Shown: piece after piece, positions 1 through 13,479 of the stretch
Layout: each line of letters begins with the position of its first letter
Position numbering within the stretch: the first letter of the stretch is position 1
Assembly: GCF_026571515.1 (NCBI RefSeq)
Contig: NW_026853984.1
Span: 1-56,880, forward strand
DNA: 56,880 nt
Direction of reading: 5' to 3'
From: Ruditapes philippinarum
Lineage: Eukaryota
Translations under genes and position numbers: made by a program
Notes under the pieces: generated by a model
The model's database searches: none
Told to the model about the DNA's origin: nothing
The model's input: only the letters and a program-made list of their open reading frames with translations

Positions 1-300
1 GGGGCTTTAGGCTTTTTCATGTGCAAAGAAGACCCTCTCTAGTTGTACAAAATCGAATTTGCATTGGAATTGGTCAAATGGCTTTTGAAACGGTAAGCTC
101 GTAAAATTGATGTTTTTTTCCGAAATTTTTATACAGAAAAAGCAAATCGCTGGCAAGTGACCTAGCCATGCGGAGATCTCATGGACGTGTTCCTTGGGTT
201 AGGGCTTTAAGCCTTATCATGTGCAAAGGAGACCCCCTCAAATTGTACAAAATCAAATTTGCAACGGAATTGATCAAATGGTTTTTGAATCATAAAAAGC
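1..300. repeat. Two diverged ~197-bp tandem units (end of a satellite-like or internal-repeat element running off the window)
   Basis: 1-100 (gggctttaggctttttcatgtgcaaagaagaccctctctagttgtacaaaatcgaatttgc...) recurs at ~199-298 (agggctttaagccttatcatgtgcaaaggagaccccctcaaattgtacaaaatcaaatttgc...). Confidence 0.7.
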
Positions 301-329
301 CATTTTTCTCACACATCCCATTACCCTTT

Positions 330-2122
330 GTGTAGAAGTCACGTGTCTATCCATCTTCTAACAAATTATGCAACAACTGTTCTATAAATGCTGTAACAAC
401 AGGGAAAACATTACTTAAAATATACATACAACTGGCACTGGTATCATAAGGGTAGATTAGCAAGCTACACAACATTTAAAAAGAAAACAATTGAAGCAGA
501 TTTAATATGGTATAATAAGAATAAAATGGTTTAGGATCGGAAAAGATATGATTATAAAATCTATATCAAATGCAATTTTGAAGTCTGGTCTGTTAACACC
601 TCATTTTATTTTTCTCTTCGAATATGTCATCTTAGTATTTAAGTAAATTTTGTGTTTTAAAACCATTTTGGTAAGTGAAATCTATTGCATTTTGACATTA
701 GACTATTAGACTTATCCAAATTGTCTAGAATGATAGAATAAAAAATAGTTAAAACATTAGATATAAAACTTTGTAAAGAACAGAACAGAATTTTATTTTG
801 GATTCGTACATAGTGCATCATCACTACAATATAAATACACAAATTGTAAAGATGTCACGTTAACAAATAATATAGGATTTAATATATAGTAAAAGCTGGA
901 AAATGAACAATAATGGATTAAGAGAATATTATAACCACTTATAAAACATTTTTGTTACGCATACAACAAATCAATTGAATTTTCAGTATAAATTTGTAAC
1001 AAAATATCAAAATTCAGTTGTAAGTACTTACAATAATGTTCCTGATTTTAATCGATTCTCTCAAATAATTAGCTAGATTAGTGAGTATAGCTTTATTATT
1101 AGAAGAAATCAGTCCAATATTTACACATTGATGGACATTTGTAATAATATCGTTTCACATATTTTTTTCCTTATGTCAACATAGCATGGGCATATCAAAA
1201 CAAAATGGTATTCGTCTTCTAAATCCATAGTATTACAACATAAACAATATCTTTCACTCCTTGGGATTCTATTTTGACCATATCTACCCGTTTGTACTCT
1301 TAGTGTATGTGCAGACATTCTAATTCTTGTGATGTAAAATCTAAGATCCTTTGGTAATATGTTAAGATAGTTTTCGTATGAATATAATTCTTTACAATTT
1401 TTATAAAGTTCTAAAACAGAATTATTTTCTACAGATGAATGCCATATTTGTATATAATTATCAATAACTCTTTGTTTAAATATTTTTGGAAATAATTTAC
1501 TATCTACGATATTATTTTCAAAAAAGTATTCGGATAAACCATATATATCTAGCATTTCTTTAACATTTGATACCCAGTTTTTTACCTTTATAACAATCAG
1601 ATAAACTTAATTCATATGTTTTCCGTAAAATTATATTGTCAGTATTTATCAATTTGCACCAAAACTTAATTATTCTTACGTATCGATTTATATACAATGG
1701 GTAACGGCCGAGTTCGCCGTATATACGAACATTGCTTGTATTGGCTCTAACATTTAAAATTCTTTTACAATATTTCAAGTGAATACGCTCAATTATCTTT
1801 TGATTTGCTATAACCCCATACTCTCAGATACATATGATATGACTGAACCTACAAAAGAATCAAATAATTGGCATAATAATTTGGGTTTTAAATCCATGTC
1901 TTCTGTTAAGAAGTAAAAGTAATGTATAAAGTTCCAGTAACAACTTCCTCATTAATAGGTAATAGTTTAAACTTGATTACACCCTATTGGATACTCTGTC
2001 TATATTTCATTTAACATGCTGGAATATTATCATTTCGCTTAGAAATGCATTATGTATTACAAAATACGTTTGTTTACATCAAGTTAACATATTATTTGAT
2101 TTAATTATGATTTCCACAATTC
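330..2122 (-). pseudogene. Deeply diverged minus-strand paralog of the protease-like family, split by a LINE insertion (~1040-1920)
   Basis: ORF 657..842(-) CIYIVVMM..IQNKI..LFCSLQSFISNV aligns with CLYIVAVM..AQIKL..LFNFYKSFIINI at ~19985-20125(+). The reverse complement of ~2060-2080 (gatgtaaacaaacgtattttg) matches aatgtaaacaaagtagtattttg at ~19624. Confidence 0.5.
1040..1920 (-). mobile_element. 5'-truncated, frameshifted CR1/L2-type non-LTR retrotransposon (ORF2 C-terminus)
   Basis: Translations LFDSFVGSVISY, KYCKRILNVRANTSNVRIYGELGRYPLYI and RIRMSAHTLRVQTGRY..RSERYCLCC..EDEYHFVLICPCY are the typical post-RT and C-terminal Cys/His region of invertebrate CR1/L2-clade ORF2. Confidence 0.9.
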
Positions 2123-2776
2123 CTTAAACATGCCAACTCTTTGAAATAAGTCAAATTTAACATTTTAAAAATATCCCTAGATTTTTGTGATTTTGGTCAC
2201 AACACGCTTCCGTAGAGAAGAAAAATTTACATAACTTGTGCATACACATTTTTTAAAATACTCAGTAAGATGTGTGGTTAATTCTGTGTCATTTTAGATA
2301 ATTGTACAAAAAAACACAATGTAGAACAGCGAGTGAAAGATAAACTCTCTTTTAATGATTACTTCATTCAAAATTGTGTTTAAAATCTCGAAATTATATG
2401 ACACATTTTGTCATCTGCATAATCGATTGATTGGTGGTCAATTAAATCTATCTACTGACATATTTTTCCCTAAAATTTATACAGAAGAATATAAAATGAC
2501 TAAAATTACTCACCTTTGCACTAGGAATGCTGGAATTGAAGTAACTTCAGATCTTTCAACGAAAATATGCCAAACGTGACGTCACCGAACGTGCATAAAA
2601 TTAGAGTATGGTGTAATTTAAGAGACACACTTAAATATCGATTTTTTTCAAAATCTGCAAGGAGATTTTTTGAGGACTTTTTTCTCAAAATGTAGATAAT
2701 GTTTATCTTTTATTTAATCGTGAAAACATTTGTGAAGGAATTAGTTTTACCATGATTTCTATTATGACTGGCCTAA
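2123..2776. mobile_element. Non-autonomous DNA-transposon-like insertion (possibly Kolobok-type, starts ttaa, ends ggcctaa)
   Basis: Non-coding block with no counterpart in the sister copies. It is flanked on the left by the minus paralog and on the right by sequence matching 54541 (tacggcggttatcctggaatc). Terminal inverted repeats are not clearly paired. Confidence 0.4.
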
Positions 2777-5130
2777 TACGGCGATTATGGAACCTTCAAT
2801 GTGACACAGTAGTGTCTTTCTATGAAAAGCGGAGAATGGTCGCTAAGTAAAAGAATGCGTATGTGCTAAACAAGATATTAATGAGCGGAAATAAATAAAA
2901 TTGGAATTATGAAAGGGGATCTGAGGTTTTGAAGCCTGCATATCACAGACAAGACGTCAAAAGACATATTTAAAAAGCAGACCACATATCCTAAGGGTGA
3001 TTATACAGTATTCAAGTAGGAAAACTGGCAACACCCAGGCCAAATAGAAGAACCTAAAAATATCACATAACATGTACACACAACAATAATGCTGATCGAT
3101 CTTCAAGGATCAAAAATAAAACATCTTTGATTAAATGTATAGGGAGATTTATTTCAGCCGCCACACGACAGGAATAACACTGATATGACAATAAATAGAG
3201 AAAAACAGAATCCTAAAGACAATGTATGCCTCAGAATCAAATAAATTTTTACTTCCTTAGATAGAGCAAACATGAATCTTACAATGTTTTAATGATGGTT
3301 TGGGAGAACATTAGATGTTTGTTATCTGAACAAAGCAGTGGTATATGTGAAATAATTTGAAATAAAAGTAACAAGTAGCAAAATGTAAACAAAGTAGCAT
3401 TTTGACTTCCATATAAAATTAATACTAATTAACTATCAATATACTTATTGCCAGAAAGAAAAAGATGAAAAAGATGGTCAAGGTAATTGACCAATGAGTA
3501 ACTTTAAATTGTACATTGTAAAGCTCAACCTTTACTAAAACTTGAGTTATTTTGTTTTAGGCTTTTTTTTGCCATGTAAGTTTTACCCTGGTATTTCAGG
3601 TGTATTTTTTATAGTAAATTGTTTTGGTCGTTAAATAAATTTGTCTATAAGCATTAATACAATGTCTTAAATGCATCTTTGATGGCCATTATTATTTGTT
3701 GATTTCATATCTGTTTTATGCTTGTTTTGTATATTGCACAATAGCTGAATAGTGCCTTTATATAGTGGTTGTAATGCAATGTATGCTGTAGAGAAGTACA
3801 ATTAAATTAAGTCATAGAGAGTGCTTCGGATAGCATAAATGGTTACGGGCGTATTATTCAATTTCTATAATCATTTATAATTAATGTAAAGTGCATTATC
3901 TTGCGCTGGTATTATCGACCTAACACAAACAGGCGGAGTCTGTTTTAGTCTCATAATGTTTGTGTTGCTTTCTGGCGATTACCATGTTTCAGAATTGAAT
4001 TTTTAGTGTAACCGTTGGAGGCAAGTACGATTGTATAGTATGGCTGTCATATGAATTTGCCAGTTTTTTTAGAAATTTCTGTCCACATGGTTCAATATCG
4101 ATGTTTTTGTCGTTATGCTCTGTTGTAACTGTTACAACTGCAGATGTAAAACAAAATCTGTTTTTTCAGACGGCCTTCGGCCGAAAACATATTCCAACAA
4201 TGAAAATATGTGTATCTTACCGTAAATATTAAAACACTTGATGAATACTTTGTGTCCATATGTAATACGTCTAAGCTCAGACTTCCTTGTTAAAACCTGT
4301 TGTCAAACTTCCTTGTGAGAGAAATATTGTAGTCATGCAATACTCCACTTTGTGAGAATGTTACTGTTTATTGTAACGTAAACAGAGATGAAACGAAGAC
4401 ACTGTTTAAGAACTTGAAAAAAAAACATATCATGTAACATCTAATGAGTATTGCCTGTTTGGTCTAGAAACTACAATTTTATTATGGATAAAGACTTATC
4501 TTCTAATTGTTTCGTTTCCGTTATATCAATATCACACAAGATATTTAACATTATAAGATACTCTAAATAAATGATATGTTCGAAATAAAATAAAAACCTA
4601 TTCGTAGATACTTTCGTGATAAATAAAGGAACAAAATTTTTGTTGATATTTTCTGTGCAAATAGAGGGACAATAATTCTTCCCTTTTTCATAAGGCTATT
4701 AGGTGTGTAGAATTTCTTTAGTTAAAGGTGACCTGCTATATAAGATTCTACGGAGAAAAGAATACTACTTCAATCAATATACATGTACTGTCTATTCATT
4801 ATTGTCTTAGATTATGATTTATTGGCATTTCTTATACACACAGGAAGTGTAATCTTTCAGCGAATGGATCACTAAATTCAATATTTCCATTGATTAACCA
4901 AATGCAATAAGTAAATAGATTAATATGGAGTGCGCAAATAAGCGCACTTTGTATTTAGTCCGTTTGTTTACTGGTTTTATCCTTATTTCACGCTTCATTT
5001 TGTCGAAGACAATTTTTTGTATGCTGCATGATAAAACAAACTTAATACGAAATATTGACTGATAAATCGAACATTTATTTGAAAGAAATGTCTCAGACAT
5101 AAATTCCCATAAATGTCATCAGGCCATGTA
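2777..5130 (+). pseudogene. Decayed copy of the protease-like family gene, LINE-free lineage (central unit, Cys-rich segment, C-terminal unit)
   Basis: Frames give CIFDGHYYLLISY (His codon 3687), DLTQTGGVCFSLIMFVLLSGD (Gln 3926, Cys 3941), TLCCNCxNCR-type segment (~4115-4145), YCLFIIVLDYDLLAFLIHTGSVIF (~4787) and SAQISALC (~4930). Collinear with 19140-21150 and 54540-56880. Confidence 0.65.
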
Positions 5131-5660
5131 TTTATTTTGATATGATAAAACAATATTGACAATCCGGTGTTTAATTGAGTTTTTCTGTTGTTTTTGTGAA
5201 ATATAATTAAACAATAATTGCACGTGTATCCTTACGTAAATTCCTTTGGTTGACCGTTACAACTCCAATATACATGCATATGGATCTTCAAAACCTTACA
5301 TTTATCATTTGTATATGACGTGACTCATTATCAAGTTTAAATGTTAAAGAATAGATTATTTCACATTAAGCTACCCAAGATATACTGTTTAATTTCTCCT
5401 TGATTTGGAATAACCTTCCGTAGAATACTTTTCTGTTACATATTTAATTATCTGTGTCATTCTGTGTATTTCACATGATAGTTATTTTTCTAATTATTTC
5501 TTGCAGAATCTTTGTTTCATATTCCGGTTAATGTACGGACTAAGGACAGTTTACCAGTGCAATGTCCTTTTCTAATGAATGACTTCATAAAATATGTTGT
5601 GTCTAATGAAATTAGTAGTAACAAATAATTGTGACACTAAAACACGGACAGTAATCAGGA

Positions 5661-6192
5661 ATAAAACGGTTTATTTAATTTTACCCATGAAATATGGTGC
5701 TATATCAGTCAAATATATTTCATATTTTTTAACAGTAAATATGAAATATAAATATGAAAGTGGGCGGAGTCAAAACTCATATTTATTTTCGGGGACTTCT
5801 TTCGCCATTTTGTTTGAAAAATCTGATAATTACAAAAAACTTTTTGTTGAATTTTGTTTTGAAAACTATCTAGAATGATAGAAAATGGTCTAACTAAGAA
5901 AATAAATCCGAACACCAATATCTTTAATTCAGTCATTAACGCTGTACAGACATTTAAAGAGTTGTTTACGTGACGTCACAATGTAGCGCTTAATATCGCG
6001 TGCAAAACAATAATTATATTACTGCGCGTTGTACAATTTCAGTTGCGTAGCAAGCAAGGGGGTTCGTAACCATTTTTCTTTGATAATGAAATTAAATAAA
6101 AGCCGTCCCGGCTCGTGAAAATATGTGGCATTTTATCATGTTTCGTGAAAATATATTCCATATTTCACTTAAACGAAAAAATACCCTCTTAC
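5661..6192. mobile_element. Non-autonomous interspersed element inserted in the duplicated block
   Basis: The flanks (acacggacagtaatca | atttggtcaactgtcataaccgtca) lie nearly contiguous at ~17398-17490 and ~52478-52565, which lack this ~530-bp block. It is CpG-richer than its surroundings and ends ...aaaaataccctctta. Confidence 0.55.
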
Positions 6193-6294
6193 TAATAACA
6201 AAACAAAATAACTTTTAAATGCAATCATTTGGTCAACTGTCATAACCGTCACGAAAGTTGAACAAGTTAACTTTTCATTACATGATATTTTTTG

Positions 6295-6408
6295 TGGCAC
6301 ATGACCAGATCGTGCACAGCTTTGGCAGTTTCATCGTTGGTGGCCTCTTTTGGCCGCCCAGGCCGCTCATCATCTCCAATGCTATCCCTGCCACTCTTAA
6401 GTTCTGCA
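6295..6408 (-). mobile_element. Mariner (Mos1/SETMAR-type) transposase fragment, linker after the first HTH
   Basis: The reverse complement translates AELKSGRDSIGDDERPGRPKEATNDETAKAVHDLVMC, matching the mariner F.SGR.S..D..RSGRP.......I..V..L. motif. Confidence 0.85.
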
Positions 6409-6459
6409 ATTTTCATGTAATTTTAATGTTTTAATGCTTTCGAGAGATCACTTTTTTCC

Positions 6460-9400
6460 AGATATTTGCATCAGCAATGTAATTGTTTGTAGAAATATAC
6501 TGAATAATGTACGAGTCAGAGTTTTAATAGCGAGCTCTTTCCATGCTTCATTTAATTGATTAACATTTCCACACAGAGAAATTAAATTCATCATCAGACA
6601 TGTTGATTTTATGAATGAATCTCGTAGGCGTAAATGGCATGCACAGTAAATAATTCTGTTCTGCAAATAACGAAATCCAAATATAGTAAAAACAGTTACC
6701 ATAATAAATAAATAAAAAGACCAGCAGCAGCATTATAAAAATACTCAGTCGTTGTTAACTTTTTTCAGATATATTTGTCAAATTTGCGTTATTTCTATGT
6801 CGTCGTTAAATCTTTAATTGTTATTCATTAAACCAAGATCAATAATATTCAAATAAGGTAAATACTCGATTTCTTAACCCTAAACATACACGTATCTTAA
6901 AACTTAAAGAAATGTTAATTTAGCTTTTCGTATACTAGTTGTTATATTTTGTATCACAAATATTGTGTTTTTGTTTATTTCTTGAACTTTTCAATAACTA
7001 ACATACACTTTACACTGCACAAACAATGCAGTCGACAAATTAATCATGGATTTAGATTCGACCATTTCCATACGATTACGCATTTTATCGAAAAATGAAG
7101 TGTTTTGTTTTTAGGGTTAGGCCATTCTTATATATCTTCGAAATGTAAAAGAATATTCATCTCGTTACTGAATGATCAATATCGACCATCCAGCAAAAAT
7201 GAAAGAACGTGTAACTCATAAAAGTGCCTGTCTTTTAATAATGATAATGTTTCGTTAATAAAGCTAAAATTAACCTTTACATAATTCAAAATTATATATC
7301 TCTCAAAGTTCCGGATTGTTCAATCAATACTTAGATATAAAGAAGAATACTCAATAATGAATACATGCACTGCAATGAAATGGTTTTCGTTCGTGAATAT
7401 AGTAATTAACAAGGATTCACACTACTTGTATGTATTTAAATTTTAACACTCAATGTTATTGAACCTTCTACGATTTCTACTTTGGTTCAGTAAATGGCTT
7501 TTTATTGCATTTACTTCGTTTCAGTTCAGCAATGATATTGCTTGTTGAAATGAATTAAATAATGGACGAGGCTAAAGTGATTTATTATTTGCAGAGATAT
7601 ATGAACATTAACATCAGATTTTTTTAGTTTATAAAGTAACTTTTGGTGCATTACAGTCATATATTCATCATTAATATATATGTACATTATGTGCAATTGT
7701 TAATCAAACAGTAATTAAGAAAAACAGAATCCCTTCAGAAAGCTCAACACAGCAAAATTGAAAATGTTGCAGGTTTGTTTTGATTGAGCCTGTTCATGGA
7801 TGGTATTAGAAAGTGCAAATTACCGTTCACGCCCCCAAATACTAGCTTAAGGAAAATTAAACACGAAAATGGTGAATTAAGAACATCCGCAGATGTTTTC
7901 AAATGGCGGTTATCATAAAACCTTCAACGTGACACGTTAGTGCCATTTCATGAAAAGCGGCATATGGTCCCCAAGTAAACAAAATGCCTGTGCCCTAATT
8001 ACATTCAATGTATCATCTGCTTTTTTATCAGTGATTTTATTTATCGAATGGAAAATAAATGTCAAATAAAATTTCAAATTCTTAATTTAAATTTTATTTC
8101 ATACAATAAAAACATTATATTTACTTAATAAAACAACCATTTTAAAATAATCTTGTTACCTCACTTTAATCACTATAGTATCAAAAGTATCATAATCTTT
8201 AAATTAGAATCTTTGTCATCATATTCACAAACAGGAAATATTGTGTATCACTAACTATTTCATTCTATTGATACCTTTAAGGTATTTAAAACGAACGGAA
8301 TTAACCTTTGCAGTATTCAGATTCAATCAAATCACATCACGAATTGGTAAATCAACACTTCTATACATAATGAGACACCCAATAATGAATATAAATTAAA
8401 ATAATTTAATAAAATAAATAAAGTTACAAAAGGACGATTACTTGAATATAATATAAGAAATATACGAGACTATCATATTTTCATCATTTGTAAATATATA
8501 GATACTTAAAAATATATTCTTTAATAATTATTATGATATGGATTTGGCTACGACAAAGCTTCGGTTGCTTTCATTTACACATGTTTCTATTTAACGAATA
8601 CAAACATGTCGCATGGAATCATTCCAAAACAATTATTTATAACGCAATTATTTCTTTATTTTATAACTATCCAAAGCTTTGTAATACCTCAAAAACACTT
8701 TTTTTCCATTTCAACATATCATGTTGTCTTGTTTTAAAGATTAAATTCTTAAAGGTTTAATTGTCTCTAAAATGAATTCATTGCTGCCATTTCAACAAAT
8801 AGGAAGTAGTCCGCGAAGTCGATCGCCAATGCTTCCGTGTGTGCCTTTTTAATGAAGTAAAATTACCTTTCACAAATTCAAAGTAATGTTTTAGTAAGCT
8901 TTAATTCACCCACATCTGAATCGGCACAAAGATAGCAAGCAAGGGAATTAATAATATGTAGATACTGTTAAAAAACTGTTTTCTTTCGTGTACATTATAA
9001 AACAATTATAAAAATTCACAGTACTTATAATTTTAATACTCAATGAAATATATCTGCCTGAATTGACAACTTTATTACTGTGCATGGTTCTTTTGCAGCA
9101 ACAATGATGGTGTTTGTTGAAATTATTAAAATAATGAACGAGTCTGAGAGAATGTAAATTGCAGGGTCGTATTATTCATCATTAAAGTGATTAAATTTTC
9201 ACATAAGATACATTCAGTTTATATTGTAATGTGGGCGTTGCAGTCATGTATTTATCATTTGTAAAACCAATGCGGATACTTGTATTTGTCAATATCTTTC
9301 ATGACATGAACTTGGGGAAGCTGAAGTTACTATCACTTCCATTGACAAGAGTTTTTAAAGAATATACAAATGTCACACTGAATATTTCAAAACATGTGGT

Positions 9401-10600
9401 TACAATTTCTTACTTCTGAACTATCAGAAGCTATGTATTACTTCAATTTCATAACATGTTTTTTAGTTCAACTTATCTTGTCGTTTTGTTATTCTCAAAC
9501 CTCTGATAGTCACTAAAATGAAAAATTTGTCTCGGTATTTGTTTTCCTACTTTATGATTAAAACTGGGTTTTTACTGCATTTACTTCCCATCAGCAATGC
9601 TATTGATTATTGACATAAATTGAAAAATGGTCGAGCCCCTGAGAGTTTAAATTGCAGTGTCTTATTATGCATCATTTCAGTGATTAATTTTTCATACAGA
9701 GACACATAAAAGTCGCTATATTATATATCATGTGTCTATATTAACTATATCGGCGTAACGATCAGATATTTATCATTTTAGATGTCTAGACTTGAATTGT
9801 TTTTATTTTTAAAAAGTTTGGGTAAGCTGAAATTACAACATGTACTTTTACTTTTTTACAAACGTTTATTTAGAGAATACATAAATGTCTCATGGAATCA
9901 TTCTAAAACATTTACGACACAATATCTTCTAAATTCCTCATAATAATCTAAAGCTCTGTATTACCTCAATAACACATGTGAATTTTCATTTCAACTTAAC
10001 TTGTTGTTTTGTTTAGAGCATTATATTCTTTCAGGTTTAAATTGTCTATAAATGAATTCAATGTCCCTATCTTCATAAGCATGATATATTTTAAGTGAAC
10101 TTTTTTTATTGATGTCTTTTTTATGACAGTAGAATTAACCGTTACAGTATTTAAAATAATGTTAATTGTAAACTTCAATTAACTCATATCTTGGTTGAAA
10201 AATCGTACTTTGGATATAAAGTAGGACACTCATTTATAAAATATTTATTAAGTTTTCTACTTTATTTCTGTGATTTGCTTTCATTGCGTTGACCTTGCAA
10301 AAGCAATGTAACAACTGTTTGATGAAATAAATCGAACAATTAACGAGTCTGAGAGTTTAAATTGCTAGGTCTTATCATGCAACATAAGCGTCACCACAAG
10401 ATAAATGAAGTTTATAACGTAACTTTGTAGGCGTAACATTCATCTATTTATCTTTTGTAGAGGTGTATATTTTATTTGTTTGAATCAAAGAATAATAAAA
10501 GCTCCTCGGGGAAGCTGCATCACGCAACAAAGACAATCTGAGATACTGGATGCTTTCAATTTCAATTGCTCTCATTTAAAGTGTAGACAAATGCCCTTTA
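6460..10600 (+). pseudogene. Decayed tandem-unit region of the family gene (several ~250-280 aa units plus an RLGLIE fragment at ~7720-8000)
   Basis: One + frame at ~9615-10070 runs KLKNGRAPESLNCSVLLCIISVINFS..YIGVTIRYLSF..LGKLKL..FREYINVSWNHSK..ALYYLNNT with only sporadic stops. The same motifs recur near 6510, 7560, 8600, 9140 and 10345. Confidence 0.65.
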
Positions 10601-10789
10601 AAATTATTTAAAGTTATTAGTTTTTTAACCTTGCAATAACAAATATTAAACAGTTTTTCATCATTCTCTGAAAATGTTAATTGTATTTATAGAACATCAC
10701 GATTTACATTTTAACACATCTTCTCGTTTCATTTTGATAATAATATTCACAAAGGTATAATTATTTCTAAAAATGAATTCGTTGTCACA

Positions 10790-11910
10790 TAGGGCAAAAA
10801 CGCAATAACGATGACCAAAATTTATCCTATTTAAAGGCTTTAATAGACGTGATTTCAAGTTATGTAGCCAAGAGAACACTAACTTTGGGATCACTTAAAG
10901 CAATAAGTTCATTAATTGTATCTATAACAGACATACGAAACTATGAGGAAATATTAATTTATTGGAAAAAGCGCATGTACAAAATTCCTCTTTTAGAGTA
11001 TCATTAGACGACTTTTCCATCGGAAATTTAAATTGAAGCAGCAGGGTGTTAAAGATTAAATTTTATTACCCCGGTATAACATAATATTGCAAAATTTGTA
11101 TTGTATACTTCCTTTAAATAAGTGGATTGGCAAGGCGGTGTGCCAAACAAATTTACACGTGACCGGTTGTTTTTTCCAGCTAGTTTACAATATCATTCAA
11201 CCATTTCAGTACCATGACATAGTTAATCACGCTCAATTATGAAAATCGTAATTTAAGTTACTTTTACATATACTAATCTCGTCAATATTGTTGTTTTTTT
11301 ATTCTGTGAAGTGACAAATAGTGTGACGTGCATTTACACCTGTTACGACAAACCGGACGATAAAAGTATGTTATTTTACTACCCTTTTAATTTTCTCAAT
11401 ATTTTGAAAAACAATATAAATATATTGATGTGCCTTAATATTTTCTGTTGGCATTAATCGAGTAAAGGATAAAATCAGTTAAACTGAAAACTTAAAATGC
11501 ATATTCACGTGTTCTGACATTTTTTTCAAATTGATAATTAACTTCGATTTCATATATTATTAAAATCTCTTTAGTTTTTATATGAACTATTTCAACAAGA
11601 ATTAGGTTGGCTAATATATATATTTCCACATTTTTTACAACAATGTAAATGTCAATGTTAGGTCCGTAATCGTTAGGGAATATCTTAGACAATAATCTTT
11701 TCCATGCCTTTTTATGGAAAACTTGGCCACAAAGCTTTAAATGCATCTTTTATGCTGGGTTTTTTTTTCAACAAATTCGGTATTGTCTCTGAACTTCTAC
11801 TATATTTCTATGTAGGGCGATGCCTGTTTGCCCTTCACAGATTGCGCATGCGCGAGAAAATATTACTTCCGATCGATTTTTCATGTAACGGACCGCGTCG
11901 TCAAAAAAAA
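10790..11910. mobile_element. Non-coding interspersed-element insertion replacing part of the family gene
   Basis: Absent from the copy at 38240-38650, which keeps protease-like coding sequence there. Internally deleted version at ~26595-26795 and a noisy copy at ~45000-45955. Confidence 0.5.
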
Positions 11911-11914
11911 TCTT

Positions 11915-12610
11915 GATATCCATATTTCAGAAATTTTTAATGCAACTGTCATAGGATGTCATTTGAAATTCTTAATTTTAATGGAACGTTTTTTCCGAAC
12001 TTTCCGAAAATAAAATTAAGTAAAAGAAAATTGTACAAATACAGTATGCTCTTTATTGTTTCAATCCATGAGCTTTTAGCAAGTATTATTGTGATTAAAA
12101 CCTTACAACATTGTAATAATATTCGATGAAATAGATGTATTTAGCCAGAAATATTAAATGGTTTAAATAAATATTATTTGTGTATATCAGTTACACGTCG
12201 TAGTCCAGACACTTTCTGGCCGAGAAACAAACTGTTATCAAACTTCCTTAGCATGAAAGAAATATTGATGACATGCAATTCTTCACTTTGTAAGAATGTT
12301 ACTGATTAATGGTTTTGTTGTTACTTAAACAGAGAATAAACGATGAACCAGAGAAAATATTGTGTAACTGCTTATGAATAATGCCTGTTTTGTCTAGAAA
12401 CTTATTCATGTAATGGTCTGTTACATTTTTATAATGTATCACAAACTTATCTTGTTAACGTTTTGCTTGTTGCTATTTCTAAAATATCATTTCTATAGAT
12501 CCGAATAGAATATTTTACTTTATGGATATTTTACATAAGCGATATGTTCAAAATAAAATCAAAGCTTATTTGTAGATATTTTCTAGAAAATGAAGAGAAA
12601 TGAAAATAAA
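11915..12610 (+). pseudogene. Decayed family gene segment, LINE-containing lineage
   Basis: DIHISEIFNATVIGCH and KLLSNFLSMKEILMTCNSSLCKNVTD..YCVTAYE*CLFCLETY are homologous to 3970-4500 and 20210-20750. Confidence 0.6.
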
Positions 12611-12699
12611 AACAAGTTTAAACAAGTTTATTCGGCATGTACGAGTAATATGCCTTTGACCATCAACAAGTATTATTAAATAAGATGGCCAACTTATTA

Positions 12700-13330
12700 A
12701 AAATAAAACAGATGACACCATTAACAAATTGTAACGAGCAGCTATATTTGCAAGCTAATATGTTCTTAATTTCATAGAACATGCAATAAATCTAGTTAAA
12801 TAGTTCTTGTATCTTTACGAGACAACAGAAAATACAATATATTCAAAGTAAGTAAGAAATAATTGAATTAATGCAATATTTAAGACTTGATTCTCTACAA
12901 AAAGGACAACAAAGCAATACGTAATATTCTTTCCCAACATTTCTACTGCACAGTCTACCAATATGATCATTTCTGTCGATTCCAACGAATTTTCCGCTTT
13001 CAATTTCTAACTTATGTGACGATAATCTAAATCGAGATATAGTTTGTCTAAGAGTTTTTTTCTTGCACAGTTTTTTACAGATAAAACCCAAGACCTAAAT
13101 TAATTAAATGGAATGGTGCCTTTACTCTGTAAAGATATCGTACATAAGTGAGTCTAGAAAGCTCAATGTTCCCAAACTCTTTCTGTACATAAAAGTGACA
13201 AAGGTACACGGCCAAGCTCTCCAAACACTATAGAATTGGATAGCCAAGCTCTCCAAACACTACAAAATTGGATATCTGGGTCGGACACCAAGAATTCTCT
13301 TGTTAAAACGAAAATGACATTAATCAATTT
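12700..13330 (-). mobile_element. Decayed CR1/L2-type LINE 3' fragment (copy 1 of 4, duplicated with the block)
   Basis: ORF 12843..13091 TISRFRLSSHKLEIESGKF..RLCSRN..KEYYVLLCCPF, plus a VFGELGRVP-type motif at ~13200-13290. Carries a private 31-bp tandem duplication at ~13212-13275. Confidence 0.85.
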
Positions 13331-13479
13331 CTTTTAGAAAATGTATTTTTAGTCCTGACGATTAACCACTATCGGATTGCAGTGCATCTTAAGAGCAGCT
13401 TAAATGACAATATATTTAATGATTATGATTTAATTTTGTCAAAAAAGTACGTATTCTATACATCAGACGGTAAAAGTAA

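Noticed and set aside
3100-3340. LINE apurinic endonuclease domain (CFNDGLG.. resemblance)
   Set aside because: No GDFN or SDH motifs and no RT downstream; the better-preserved copy at 54900-55130 fits the family frame instead.
4170-4182. cggccttcggccg mini-hairpin (also ~20400, ~55965) as a terminator or rolling-circle origin
   Set aside because: Only a 4-5 bp stem, inside inferred coding sequence, shared simply through duplication and absent from the other lineage.
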